Shown piece after piece: positions 46,901-64,000 of a DNA stretch of 64,000 bases. The notes beneath the pieces are model-generated. The model did no database searches. It saw nothing but the letters and a program-made list of their open reading frames with translations, and was not told the DNA's origin. The DNA is taken from assembly GCF_009914755.1 (NCBI RefSeq), contig NC_060926.1; one strand, given 5' to 3'. Within the stretch, counting starts at the first letter, position 1. Every line of letters begins with the position of its first letter. Made by a program: the position numbers and the translations under genes. This stretch comes from the human T2T-CHM13v2.0 reference genome, Homo sapiens.

Positions 46901-48783
46901 GTATGGCAGCTACTGGGGAATACAAACATGAATAAGACCTTACCCCTTGAAGAGGATCAGAGGGCCGGTGAACCCATGGGAGACACAGCCCAGGGTGCCC
47001 TGGGGGCTGGTAGCATGACAGACTTTTCTAGTTTTGGCTCTGAAAATTCCACATCCCAGGAAAACTACCCTAAACCCATATCCCCAGTCCCAGTTAAACT
47101 GGGGCTATTATTCATCTTCCGAGGGTCTCTGACTGTTGGAATCTGTTTCCTCATCTCGTTCCTTGCCTCTATCCCACCCCTGCAAATAGGCTTTTGAAAT
47201 AAGCCAGCATTTAACTTCAGATAATAATAATGATTGATAATGAAACTAAAAACAGCAACAGCAATCTACCCTTGATGATAGTTCACCACCCCGGCTGCCT
47301 ATTGGAATCACTTGGGACGCTTTTTAAAAAGATCAGCACCCAGGTCCTATCTTAGAACAATTAAACCTGATGTTCTCCAGGTGCTTTCCATGTGCAAGCA
47401 GCAGGAGAAACACTGCCTAGGGTTTAGGATGCTGCAGGAGAAGCTCCAGGAGAAGCAGCAGGAAGGGGGCTGCCCAACCCTGGTGTATTTCCTGGGGTGT
47501 TTTCAGCTTCTGAGCCAGACCAAGGCCACTCAAGGATGGTGAGGACAGACCCGGCAGGTCCTAGCACAGATGCTAATTTGGGAAGCAGCCTCTGAGCCGC
47601 ACCACAGGCACTCCACTGTGTCTGTCCTGTCTTGGGGCACAGCGGCAGAGGCATGCCCACGCAGCCGGGCTCAGCGCCTCTTCGAGAGGGACCGCTGAGT
47701 GCGGCTGTCCTCTCCAGTGGGCCCGGGAACCTACGAGAGTCCCTGCCCACCCATTTCCAGCCCCCTGGCCTTGCTTCAACAAGTCACGCCTGGGCTGTTT
47801 TCTAGGCTGCTGCTCCCTGGCGGTTCTGGGTTTCCCATTTGTCACCTCCGTGAGAGAAATTAACAGTTTTGCCAGACCCCATATAAACAGGAAGGCAAGC
47901 TGTTAACAAGAGCCTCCTGCCCTGCTGCCAAGCCCAGAGCTCACGTTTCCTTTCTCAGAGCCTGTCAATTGTAAAGAGGAGAAAAGAAAAGAATGGGCTC
48001 TCTCTGGGCACTGTATGGGTTCTCTTGCGGCCACTTGAATGCCAGTGTCGGGCTCGCTGACAGCTGGGTCTGCAGCTGGCTGGTTTTGTCTGTTTTTTGA
48101 GGGACAGTCAGGGATAGCCACTGATTAAATCAGGAACAAAACATGACTACACTTGCGGCTGTGCAGACCAATGCTGCTGAACAGCAGAGAACAGTTAATT
48201 GCCATGTTGTGGAATGTGTGGATGGGGGCGGGGAGGCAGTTGGCAAATGTAAGAATGTGCAGGAAAATGTCAAGCAAATGCTCGTGTTCATTAGAAGCTG
48301 AGGGAGAGGGAGCCAGCTCAGTGTGTTCCCAGGACCTACCACGGTGTCAGAGCTCTGGCCACTGCCTGCGTGCCCAGCAAGCAGCCTTCCCACTGGGGGC
48401 GGTCAGCCCACTGATGTGCTGCAAGGGGGTCATGCTTTGTCAAATAAGATAGGGAGCCCCTCAGCTCTTGGGGTGGCAGTTGTATCCATTTTCTTGAATA
48501 TAGGGCACAAAAATGCCCATTTTCTATGTATGTTGTTGCAGAAAAAGGCTGGCTCCCTGCAGGTTTGCTGTGGGCTTCACTCTAGGCACTATGCAGCATC
48601 TACTGTGATGCTCTGGAAGCTTGCAGCCTGACTCTTATCCAAAAACCAGACAGGGAGGGCATTGGTGGGAGGCAGCAGTCCCTCAGCCTTCCACTACCAC
48701 CAGGTAAGAAGATGGCTGCTCTTCAGTGATGCAGATTCACAACAGCTTCTGCAGAAAGACAGGAGCGGGAGGCTATGTGGATA

Positions 48784-48934
48784 CAGGCACTCTTCAGCTT
48801 ATGATGGAGCTACACCCTGATAAACCCATTGTAAGTAAAAAATATTGAAGTAAAAAATGCATCTGATACCCTGATAAACCCATTGTAAAGTTGAAAAATC
48901 CTAAGTTGCACCATCATAAATCAGGGACTATCTG
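48784..48934. mobile_element. MER47/Tigger5-type MITE
   Basis: TA|cag...ctg|TA termini; internal repeat accctgataaacccattgtaa twice. Confidence 0.75.
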
Positions 48935-49436
48935 TATGTATTTAAGCTAGGGAAGTGAAATGCATTCATATATTAAAAGAGATGGAAAAGAAGAAGAGCA
49001 AGAATGGTATCCAAAGGGGTCTGGAATAGCTGTGAGATGGTTTGGGGCCTGGACAAGGGGAATTTAGAAATTGTTGGATGCTTTTTGACATATCTCTATG
49101 AATGTTAAAGACTGAAATTCCTTTTTATAAAAGCTTTATTGCTTGCTGAGCTGTGTATTGGACTTCCTGCTGAGACTGAGCCCCACAAGGCCCTGGCATT
49201 TATTGGGGTTACAGAAGAATGTTATCTTTCCTATCCTGTGTCCTCCCTGGAGAGTTGAGCCCCAGATAAGGGATGGTGTGCAGGTGGTTTATTTGGAAGT
49301 TCTTTGGGAGGTGATCCTAGGGGGCAGAAGTGAGGGACTGGGGAGAGAGAGGGAAGGAGGGATAGTCAACATACGGTGTGTTATTGAGGCCATTGCCGAG
49401 CAACTGCAGCTTAATCCCTCCCAGGACCTTCTCTCA

Positions 49437-49781
<345 letters not shown>

Positions 49782-51269
49782 TCATCTGCAGCTCCCACTG
49801 GCCCCTGTTTGAGGGTTACACTGGAGCCATTAACTCCCTCACAGTCAGAGCTGTACATATGCGAGTGCTAAGTGGGCTCCCATTAGTGTCCACAGCATTG
49901 TAGAGATCCCAAAATAGAGAAAGCAAAAGACATGGGCTGGCTCTTAAGGCAAGAGGCTGTCAGGATGAGGCCAGCATAGACTGCAGTTAGAATCAGGGGT
50001 GAGGCTGAGATGGGAGGCAGAACACCAGAGGTATCTGATCTATTATCACACAGAATGTGGGCCAGGCCCCTTCCTGACTTGACCCTTGGAATGACTGAGA
50101 TACAAACACAGGAAGGGTACGTGGCCTTAGGCCAAGCTGTGGCAGAGAAAACTTCAGAGCATCTCTACATTCCTTTATCTGCTGTCTCCTACCTTGAGGG
50201 GCCGCCTGACCTGCAGACTTTAAGGCACTCATGTAGTGGCAGCTCCTGGAACTCCCACTGCTTCACCGCCTTTCTGCGGGGCTCCCCTGCCCTACTGCCT
50301 GGATCCTACAGCTCCCCAGTAGTCCCACCAATTGCCATTAAACCTCCCAATCTTTACTGGGAGGATCTCTACTTACTGTTTCAAGGCAAAAAGATGATTA
50401 AACTATCTCACATGGTTGTAATTTGGGCCTAAAATAAATGACTCTAGTGGTAGCATTTCATGTAGGCAGGTCCAAGGAAGACAGATTTGTAGACAGAGTT
50501 GGGAAAAGGGTCAAAGAGCCAATGAGTCTCCCTATCCTGAGGGATGCCTTGACGGAGCCACAGCATGAACTCATGTTTTCCTGAATCCATCTCAGTTCAT
50601 GTGACAGGATGGAAATGCTTCCTTTCTTAGCCAGTGTTGCTTGTAACGAGTTCCCTGCAGCTCAGGGAAGGGAGCAACATGTACTGCTTTGTTGCTTCCT
50701 GTATAGAGAAGGCAGGAATGAGGAAGTTCAGAGAACACTGTCCTGAGCAGCTGCCACAGGAGACCCAGCCCAAGCTCTGCATGCAGAAAGGCACATGGCA
50801 AGAAATTCCCATCCTGCACACGTGGATGTGATGGACACCCTCACTCCTTAAATTTTGAGGCAACTAGACTGAAAAGGGCTCTTGCTTGATTTAAACAATT
50901 GAACTCTTCCTTTTGGCTCAGGCATCTTGTTGCTTCTTGCACTGGCTTTGCCACTGACCTTGGGTAAGTCTGAGCCAATGCTGGATGAATAACAGAAGAT
51001 GCTGGTCCCATTTATTTCATGTACTATGCTTCTGGTAGGTTGTGGTTAGTGCTGTGGTATTTTTATTTTTCTAGCTTTCTTTATTTAAAAAAAAAAATTA
51101 AAAGATAAGTTTTAAAAATTATTATTTTGAAGTTTACCGTAACTATTAGCTCTAGTTCTATCCTAATTTATGCTTCCTTTGAAACAATTCCCAAAGGGTC
51201 TTCTTTCCCAAAAAGGAGCCCAAAAGGGAGATTGGGGGGAGTTTAGAAAACTTAGATTCTGGGCTTTTA

Positions 51270-53975
<2,706 letters not shown>

Positions 53976-53981
53976 GTCTGG

Positions 53982-54023
53982 TTTTATTAGTCAGAGTCTA
54001 ATGAGAAAAACAGAACCCCTTAA

Positions 54024-54061
<38 letters not shown>

Positions 54062-54590
54062 GGGGGGAGCATTTAACCTTCTACAATTATGGGAGCTGGT
54101 TAAAGAGTCTGCGAGGCTATCGTCTTTGTGTCTAGTGATGGAGTTTGAAGTCCTTGGAAAAGATAGTTGGCAAGTGCAGGTGAGAAAAAGGACAAGCTGG
54201 AACCTACAAGCATAAAGTGGAACCTATGAGGAAGGATAGAAATCAGTGTCAGTTCCACCACTGCTGACTGGATGGTTTGTGTGTCCTTCAGAAAAGCTGG
54301 CATCCTCTGTCATGGAACTAAACACACATTTAGCCTGGAAGTTGGAGAAGCTGAAGAAGGATCCAGGGGAAGGTAGAACTGCTGTAGACTTGACCACTAC
54401 TCCTTACCAACAAAGTGAACCAGTGGATAAAGGATAACCTTTGTGAGTGACAAAATGGCTGCTGCTTAACTTCCAAATCTCACACACGAGTTTCTCTATT
54501 GGCACAGCCTAACCAGAAACATATAGGAAAGGGAATTCTGTGAAATGTAGTTCAGCCTAGCCAAGCTGACATATTACAAAGCCACCACAT
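53982..54590. mobile_element. ERVL-class LTR containing (TG)n at 54026-54059
   Basis: tattagtcagag...ggaattctgtgaaatgtagttcagcctagccaagctgaca. Confidence 0.6.
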
Positions 54591-55922
54591 GTCCTAAACA
54601 AAATAATAGTAAATTATTGTTCTGCAAAATATTAGCTACCATCATTTGAGCAGTGTTCCAGATGCCTTTATATAAGTTATTTAATCTCATCCTCATCCTG
54701 TGAGAAAAGTATTCTATCCCTGTTTGACAGGTGAGGAAATGGAGACTGAGAAGTTGTAGTGAGCATGTTGTTATGTACCATCTGGAACCCAAAACCCCTT
54801 TCCTGTGGGGAACTCATCCAGTGCAGTTTAAATTATTCAGTCTACCCTTAGTCAGAGGGATGAACATGTATCCAGGCTTGGTCAGTCAGAACATCTTATT
54901 CTGTTGGTCACAATGAATGGTCCATCGATAGGCCTTGACCCAGGCTGGGTCAAACAGAAACTTCCCTAGAGCTTTTCTACCAGGGAAGATGTGATCCTTG
55001 TCTCCTGAAAGTTGTGAGGTAAGTCTGGGGCTTCTGGTGGTCACCATTCTCAACATGTCGAGCACGCTCATCTGAAGGGTAGAAAAGAAAGATCATTTGG
55101 GACCCTTGATGCAGCCATGCCTGAAGTTTTCTGTGCTCTTGAATCACCCAGGTTGCATAAGCCTATAAACTTTATATTTGCTGAAGCTAGTTTGGGTTGG
55201 AGTTTCGTCAGTTGCTAAAAAGAGACTAATAAACAAATTGGTATCAGAAGAGGAGTATTGTAAGGGATCCCAAAATGTAGATTCCTTATGCATGGGGAGC
55301 AGACCCCTTGGGTTTTCCAAGTACATAAACCAATCAACTTTCAATTCTTCTGAAGAAAATGTAACTTGAAATCAAGAGAGTTATGTCTAATACGAAGGTT
55401 AAGTGACTTGCCCAAGGTTACCCAGCTAGTTAAGAGGAAGTACTGGAACTCAAATCCAGGGCTGTCTGATTCCAAAGTGTAGGCTCTTAACTGCTGCATC
55501 ATGCCATAACCATGCTAATTTAGTCAACACATCTGGGCTTACAGCAGGCTCTGTCTCTGGAGCTTCTCAATAAAGATGGAAAAAGCTGCTTGAAGGAAAG
55601 TTTGAGGGGAGCTTTTCTAATTCCCTTTGGAAACAAAGGAAATTGTGGGGTGAAGCAAAAGTCGCTAGATTTTGAGGTCAAGAGCGAAGGCTTTGTTTTG
55701 GGATTACAGGCTCTGTAGGAAAAGGCAAGCAAAGCAAAAACCTCTGGGATTCATGCAGCAGTCCTTCCTTATTTATGCCTGTCATTTGCATTCTCCGTAT
55801 GGAGGCCTTGAACAGACAAAGCAAATAGATGATTAAGGTGAAGTTCATTCTAGTCAGTCCCCCAAATCCTAAACCCTAGATATTAAGTTGCTACCTTATT
55901 TTTATGTATTTCCCAGGATACA

Positions 55923-56236
<314 letters not shown>

Positions 56237-56519
56237 TGAAAGTGTTCCTTCCCATTCCAGCATCCAGTCACCTCACAAGGAAAGGAGAGTTTCTCTATGA
56301 CTAAGTTAAAATTTCCTGCCTTAGCTCTTCAAACAAGTGGAAAAAATCTGGTCTTCACTCAACAGTTATCACCATTTTAAAGCCTAAAGCCACTCTTCAC
56401 CATTTTCCCTTCAAAGCTTAAGAAAGTTAATTTCACTTTTATTGCATTTTTCAAAGTTTCATTTCCCAATGATTTGGTTGGTGTCTTTCCAGACCATCTG
56501 CAGGGCCCTCTTTCTCTAG

Positions 56520-56890
56520 AGCAGCACCATCCATTAGAACTTTCTGCAATGGTGGGAACCTATATCTGCGCTTTCCTGTTCCAGGGGTTAGGGGATGTTC
56601 CCATTGAACAGTTGGGATGCATATGAGCCTCCTGTCATTTTTAGCATGGGCCCCTTCTCAGGGTTCCTGGGAGCAGCTCCGATTCCAGCTATGCCACACT
56701 CTGATTGGCTGCCATGTTCCTGCTGGACCTACTGTCTTGCTGTCTTTCTCTTATCAGCCACTATCAGCCACAGGAGACTGCTGAGCATTTGAAATGTGGT
56801 GTGTGTGACCAAGGAACTGAATTTAAACTTTTATTTACATTTAATTAATTTTTAAATTAAAAATGGTCACATGGAGCTAGCAGCTAACTT
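56520..56890. mobile_element. MER3 hAT-Charlie element split by a non-MER3 insert
   Basis: tagaactttctgcaatg...atctgcgct [insert] ...gagcatttgaaatgtgg...gaactgaattt...cacatg. Confidence 0.7.
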
Positions 56891-57265
56891 CCCCAATTAC
56901 ATGCAGTGCACCCATGTTCTGGTCTTGTTTCTAGCCTCCCAAGGATTATCCTTGCTCTTCTAAGACCTGCTGACTTTCGTTCAGTTTGTGGCCCACTAAG
57001 ACCCTTTACGTTATGTAAACTCTTCATGGTTTCCAGCTTCTATTTGAGGGTTTTGATATGTTCTCATGGCTTCAAGTCTGTATTTGTCACTACTGAAATC
57101 CTGTTTTTACTCCTGTTTTCCATATTGTTTGGAATAGTTCAGCTTTGACCAAAATGGATGGTCATACTATAGAGTGAGCTGGTGGAGAATTACATAAAAA
57201 TTCCTCAGACAAGCAGAATGAGATATAAATGAAGAGCAGTCATGGCTTTCCCAACTAATTCATAA

Positions 57266-57561
<296 letters not shown>

Positions 57562-59367
57562 TTGATTCATAATGTCTATTGCATCAGAGGATGCCATTGC
57601 TGTAAAAGTGGGGAAATGATAACATTGATTAGACTTCTACATTCCCTTATTTCTTCCCCCACTTCTTTCTCCCGAAAACCTACTTCCCTGATTGTCCTGC
57701 TTGTATATGTATTATCTTACTCTAGTCTTTGGAAATATTATCTCAAACTGGCCTTTCTAATTCTCAGAGGAGATGATAAAACTTCAACAAAAATATTCAT
57801 GCAATGGAAGTAGCTCAAAAGGTCTAATAATGAGTATATTTTCCACCACGACTTTGCCCTTTTATAGTCTTATTGGCCTGTGCTTTTGACCTTGCTTTAT
57901 ACAACAGAAGAGTGGGACGCAGCTTTTAATATAAGATACAGGTTCTAAGACCCAAGAGATCAGGAAGTATACCTTTAATTTGATTAACACAATGTATCCT
58001 TTTAGCAGTTTTACTGCTCAAACTTAGTAAAATGTGAAAACCTACTGAAAGTTGATTTTGGAGACACCAACAGAAGACAACTGGTTATTTGCTGTCATTC
58101 TTTGGCACCGCTGAATTATGCTTGTCTCATGTTCAGTGTCTGCCCCAATCAGTGAACGGTGCTCCTGAACAGCCCCAAGAATCCTAGTCCCTCCACCCTC
58201 TTGTACAGAGCCAGTGCCTGTGTCATTTCAAGAAGATTTGCACGGAATTGACCTTACAAAGTGAATGTTTAATTTTAAAAACTGTGCTTTTTTTTCCCCC
58301 ATTTCCATTTTAGTAAGCAGACCAGATGCTTTGCCAAATTTACCCTCAGCTAATTGCATAGTTCAATGTCCTGAAATGTGCCCTTGTTTGCTTAAAACCT
58401 GCTGATTTGCAAAAGAAATCGTTCCAGGAATGTGGGTCAGAGTGGACGCTCCTGTGGAAGCTGAATTGACCAGGAAAGAATGGTTCAGGCCTGGCTGGGG
58501 TGCTGGGTGCCTGTAAATCTGCAGGAATAGGGGACCCTCCAGGGCAGGATTTTCATTCTAATGATAAGGCTGCTGGAGGTGAGGGAGAACTGGGGCCTGA
58601 AGATGTGGACAAAAATCAGTTTGGCTCTGATCCACCTTTGGAATTCCCCTCAAGCTTTATATCTTGAGCAGGCTTTGGGTCAAGACTGAAATAGAATGTT
58701 AATGCACAGCCAGAGGAAAACAATTTTAAAATCTGGCATTTGCTCTGCCTCTGTCCCTGGAGGCCCTCTGATGAGATGTATGTGAAGTAGGAATGATCTT
58801 CCAGCAAGAATAGAATAAGAATGAAGTTGCTCAGTTACTTTTCCCTGTTTGTGAATCTGGAACCTGACTCACAGAGGTGTTCCTGGGCATTTGGCCCTAG
58901 GGGATTTGGTAGACTCTTGGCTAGCTCCAACTCCTGCTAACAGGGAAATTAGTTTGGAGAAGCCTGGAGGAGACTGAAAATAGAGGGAATGAAAAGAGAC
59001 AAAGTGGATGCTGTTCTAGTGGAAGGGACAGGATGCAAGGATCATCTGCCTACTTTGGTAACAGTGGTGGTGTTCCCATCGAATATATGGGACAGATATG
59101 AGCTTCCTGTCATTTTTAGCATGGGCCCTTACTCAGGTATCCCAGGGACAGCTCCAATCCCAGCTACATCACTCTCAGGTTGGCTGCTGTGCTCCTGCCG
59201 GACCTGCTGTCTTTCTCTTGTGGATGCGCTTTGCTGATCTACAAGGCAGACACTGGGGGGTAAAGGGGGTGATGTGGGGTCGGGGAGCTGCTCAGTGTAT
59301 TTCACTCAGCTCTCAGAATCCATCTAGAACTTGTTTCAGTCCTTGGAAGTTCAATCATCTTAATAAT

Positions 59368-59845
59368 TGTGTTAGTTTCCAATGGCTATGTAACAAATTA
59401 CCACAAACTTAGTGGCTTAAAACCATGCATATTTATTATCTTATAGTCCTGGAGGTCAGAAGAACAAAATGGATCTCACTGGTCTAAAATCAAGGTGTCA
59501 GCAGGGCTGTGCATCTTTCTGGAGGCTCAAGGAGAATCCATTTTCTTACCTTTTGCCACCACATTCCTTGTTTCATGGCCTGTTCCTTCTTCAAAGCCAG
59601 TCATAGCTGGTCGGGCCTTTCTCACATCACATCACTCTGACATTCACTCTTCTGCCTCCCTCTTCCTCATTTCGGTTCTCTTGTGATTGCATCGGATAAT
59701 CCAAGATACTCTCCTTATTTTAAAGTCAGCTGAATGGCAAGCTCAGTTCCATCTGCAAACTGGATTCCCTTTTGCATGTAACCTATTCACAGTTTCTAGG
59801 GATTAGGATGTAGACATCTCTAGGGGATCATTATTCTGCCCACCA
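59368..59845. mobile_element. MLT1 LTR
   Basis: gtaacaaattaccacaaacttagtggcttaaaac...ggggatcattattctgcccacca. Confidence 0.85.
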
Positions 59846-59982
59846 TGATAATAAGCCCTCACTTTTTTAAAAGCCCTTTTAAATACCTCATTTGACCCTA
59901 AAAATGCCTGTGAAACAGGTGAATGGGTGGGATTATCCCCTTTAATGGATAAAGAAGCTAAAGTATGAGTCAAAAAAATTAA

Positions 59983-60316
<334 letters not shown>

Positions 60317-62215
60317 CCAAGTTTACTTTGAAATAGAGGTGGAACGGAGTTAAGCTATGGGCCACGGTGTTCAGTCTATTTCGAGGCTATTGCTCTAGAT
60401 GACAATGCCTATCAAAGAGGAGGGATGTGGGGAAAGTATGACTTTGTATGGCCAGCTGTCAGACCTGGATTCAGATTGTATGTTCACACAAACTTGATCT
60501 ACCTTTGGAATTCGTCTCAAGCTTTGTCATTTCCTCTTCTTGAGTCTGTGAGTCCTTGTTTTTGCCTTCCTGGGTGGCTTTGAAAGTGATCAATATGATA
60601 ATTTTAACACAGATAGCTACTGTAGATAGGTATGACCCAAATGCAAAGTTACTTATATTTATTAAAATGAATGTCATAGAAAGATGCTGAATGGAGAATA
60701 AAAACCATGGCCCTGATACTGACATTGTTGAATTTTCCATGAAGGAGGAGTAGACAATTTGTAACAAGCAAGCAATATATGGACAAACTTTTTTTTTAAA
60801 TAAAGGATGAGTTTTGAAAAAAAAAAAAAAAACTTAGAGAACCTATGATACTTAGGACAATCCTAAAAGCAACTAATAAAGAGGAATTCTGACAGCTGTT
60901 ATGACTGCCATCCAAACATATAGGACCCAACTATGTGGTTCTCCCAATAAGCTTAATTCCCTCTGCAACTCGACTAGGAAGCTTAGGAATTGGATCTTGA
61001 ATCTACGGAAATAAAGGAATAAAGAAACAAAAATCTCCAACCTACAAAGAGGCTGGATTTAAAAGGTTTACACTGAGCTGCTGTTTGCTAGCACTTCCTC
61101 TCTGTTTTATTCTACTTTTTTTTTTTTTTTTTTTTGGAGTATAATTAAAAACTTCTCCAACCTTAGCACAGCTTCTCTGCTTAGGGGTCAGATTTAAAAA
61201 AAAAGCAAAACAAGACACACACAGGAACACCCTATTGGGGTACTTGATTGACTTTTAGTCAATAATACAGGGATGTAGGCTTTTAAGCCAGGAATTAAAC
61301 TTGAAAACAATGGTGCCTTCCACGGACACCCTTACCAGGTGACTCAAGGTTGGCAGAACACATCACATATATCCCCTCAGGTATGAAAATGGTAAATGTA
61401 TCCTGGAGTGGCCCAGCATCTCAGAAAGCAATTATAATAAAATATTCCTAGGATGTGTTTTCCCTGAGGATGAGTGATGACTTTGACTCTTCATCTTCTA
61501 ACTCCAAAGCACTGCTGTCTCAAATAGTCAAAATGACAAGGGAAGGAATGTTTTCGTTGGAGAGTCTCAACGCTGTTTCCAGCACATTTTTCCATTTGCC
61601 TGACTGCTCTTGGCCCTGAATGGAGTCGGAGGTGGAGTTCTTTCTACTGAAATCATAAAAGTCTCTTTATTGGCATGTGTGCATTCAGATATGCTCTTGG
61701 TATTGCTCATGTTGTTAGCTGCAGCTGGGTTTGCTGTGAGTGAATTGTTTTTGTCTTTAGTTAGGATCACATGTTGACTCATGACTGCCTGTATCCTGCG
61801 ATTGGAGTAGGCATTTTAGTAAGGGGCTTAATTATTCTTGTATTTTTGTTTTGTCTTTTTCACTCTTCAATCCATATGCTTATTTGGGCTTGCTTGCAAA
61901 AGGAAGAAATATTTGGTTCATTCCATTTTATGCAATAAAGGCAAGAGCTTACTGGGGGCTTGGGAGCTGTTTTTATAACATAGGGGGCTGTTTTCATGAC
62001 CTAGCAGACTGAAGTTTTCAAAATAAATTGGGCAAGCCTTAGGCGTTACTAAAATGTTGTGAGATAAGGAGTGCACTTGTGCCCCAATTTGAACTCTGTT
62101 AAAAAAATTTTTAAAAATCAAAAATAAAACAAAAACCTTGCATCAAAGTGTTAATATGTAAGCCTGTACATTTGAGCTCCACAGTCTTTACACATATTAA
62201 ATCAACAATCAGTCA

Positions 62216-62514
<299 letters not shown>

Positions 62515-62586
62515 TCAATGAGTTCCTTATTATTTCTGTAGGACCAAAAATTGATTTCAGAAAATTAAAGTCTGATGCATGTGTGT

Positions 62587-62873
62587 ATTATTATTATTAT
62601 TATTTTGCAAGGTCTCGTTTTGTCACCCAGGCTGGAGTGCGGTGGCACAATCCTGGCTGACCGCAGCCTCAACCACCCAGGCTCAAGAGATCCTCCCACC
62701 TAAACCTCCTGAATAGCTAGAACTACCAGCATGAGCCACCATGACTGGTTAATATTTTTATTTTTTGTAGACACAGGGTCTCACTATGTTGCCAGGCTGG
62801 TCTCTAACTCCTGAAGTCAGGAGATCCTTTCACTTTGGCCTCCCAAAGTGCTGGGATTACAGGCATGAGCAAC
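62587..62873 (-). mobile_element. AluJ
   Basis: diverged reverse Alu with (TAT)n tail. Confidence 0.9.
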
Positions 62874-63117
62874 AAGTCTGATATCTTTTAAAACCTTATT
62901 ATAAATACTGAAGTATAAATATGGTAATTTCTCATATTTCGAAGCTTAAAATTTTAAAACACTTTGGATCATAGATTCAGAGGGCTGTGAAGGAGTCAAG
63001 AAGTTACAAGTTTGTGGCAATGGTTTTCTTACTTTTTAATTTTAATAAACAGGCCCCTTACTAGAGAAACAGAAAAGTATGTGGGTATCTTAACTGGTAT
63101 AGAGTGAGCAGAGATTC

Positions 63118-63451
<334 letters not shown>

Positions 63452-63499
63452 TTACTCATCATAGAATCCTGTGCCTGCCACGCAATAGAACCTCAATTA

Positions 63500-63790
63500 G
63501 CTGGGCGTGCTGGAGTGTGCCTGTAGTCCCAGCCACTCAGGAGGCTGAGGCAGGAGGATCACTTGAGCCCGGGAGTTCTGGGGCTGTAGTGCACTATGCT
63601 AATCTGGTGTCCACACTAAGTTCGGCATCAATATGTTGACCTTCTGGGAGTGGGAGACCACCAGGTTGCCTAAGGAGAGGTGAACCAGCCCAGGTTGGAA
63701 ATGGAGCAGGTCAAAAACTCCCATGCTGATCAGCAGTGGGATCACACTGCATGCACTCCAGCCCGGGCAACATAGCGAGACCCTGTCTCT
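63500..63790 (+). pseudogene. 7SL (SRP RNA) processed pseudogene, RN7SL-type
   Basis: Contains the S-domain absent from Alu (cactaagttcggcatcaatatg...ggttgcctaaggag...ggagcaggtcaaaa); many substitutions; A-rich tail; TSD-like aacctcaatta / accctcagtta. Confidence 0.93.
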
Positions 63791-63854
63791 ATTTAAAAAA
63801 CAAACAAACAAACAACAACAACAACAAAAAACCCTCAGTTAATTTGTAGAACTG

Positions 63855-64000
63855 AGCTGTGTAGGAAAGCTTTGGAATTAGACATGCCTCAATTTGAATC
63901 CCAGTTCTGCCAATTACCAGCTAGGTGATCTTGGTTAACTTATTAGAATACTCTGTTTTTCTCATTTTCAAAATGGGAAATGGTATTATAATTATAAAGT
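63855..64000 (+). mobile_element. MIR
   Basis: ttgaatcccagttctgcca...tttctcattttcaaaatggg. Confidence 0.75.

Noticed and set aside
50565-50601. catgaact...agttcatg inverted repeat
   Set aside because: 8-bp arms occur by chance in 64 kb.

Overview
Primate (human-like; contains AluY) genomic DNA, dense in Alu, L1, L2, MIR, LTR and DNA-transposon fossils. I find no intact protein-coding gene. The main unexplained structure is on the minus strand, about 3,300-26,900: a decayed multi-exon gene (candidate unitary pseudogene). It has canonical splice sites, phase-matched exon junctions, a Kozak-context ATG and a terminal exon with ATTAAA, and would have encoded a large Ser/Pro-rich, probably nuclear protein whose family I cannot name. 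One otherwise open exon is split by an ERV1 solo LTR, and two large exons are ancient paralogues of each other. A CpG island at about 29.2-29.8 kb is the likely promoter and may also drive a spliced + strand non-coding transcript. The right half is mostly repeats and unique non-coding DNA, with a 7SL retrocopy near the end. Repeat subfamily names come from recalled consensus sequences, not a database search, and repeat boundaries are approximate.
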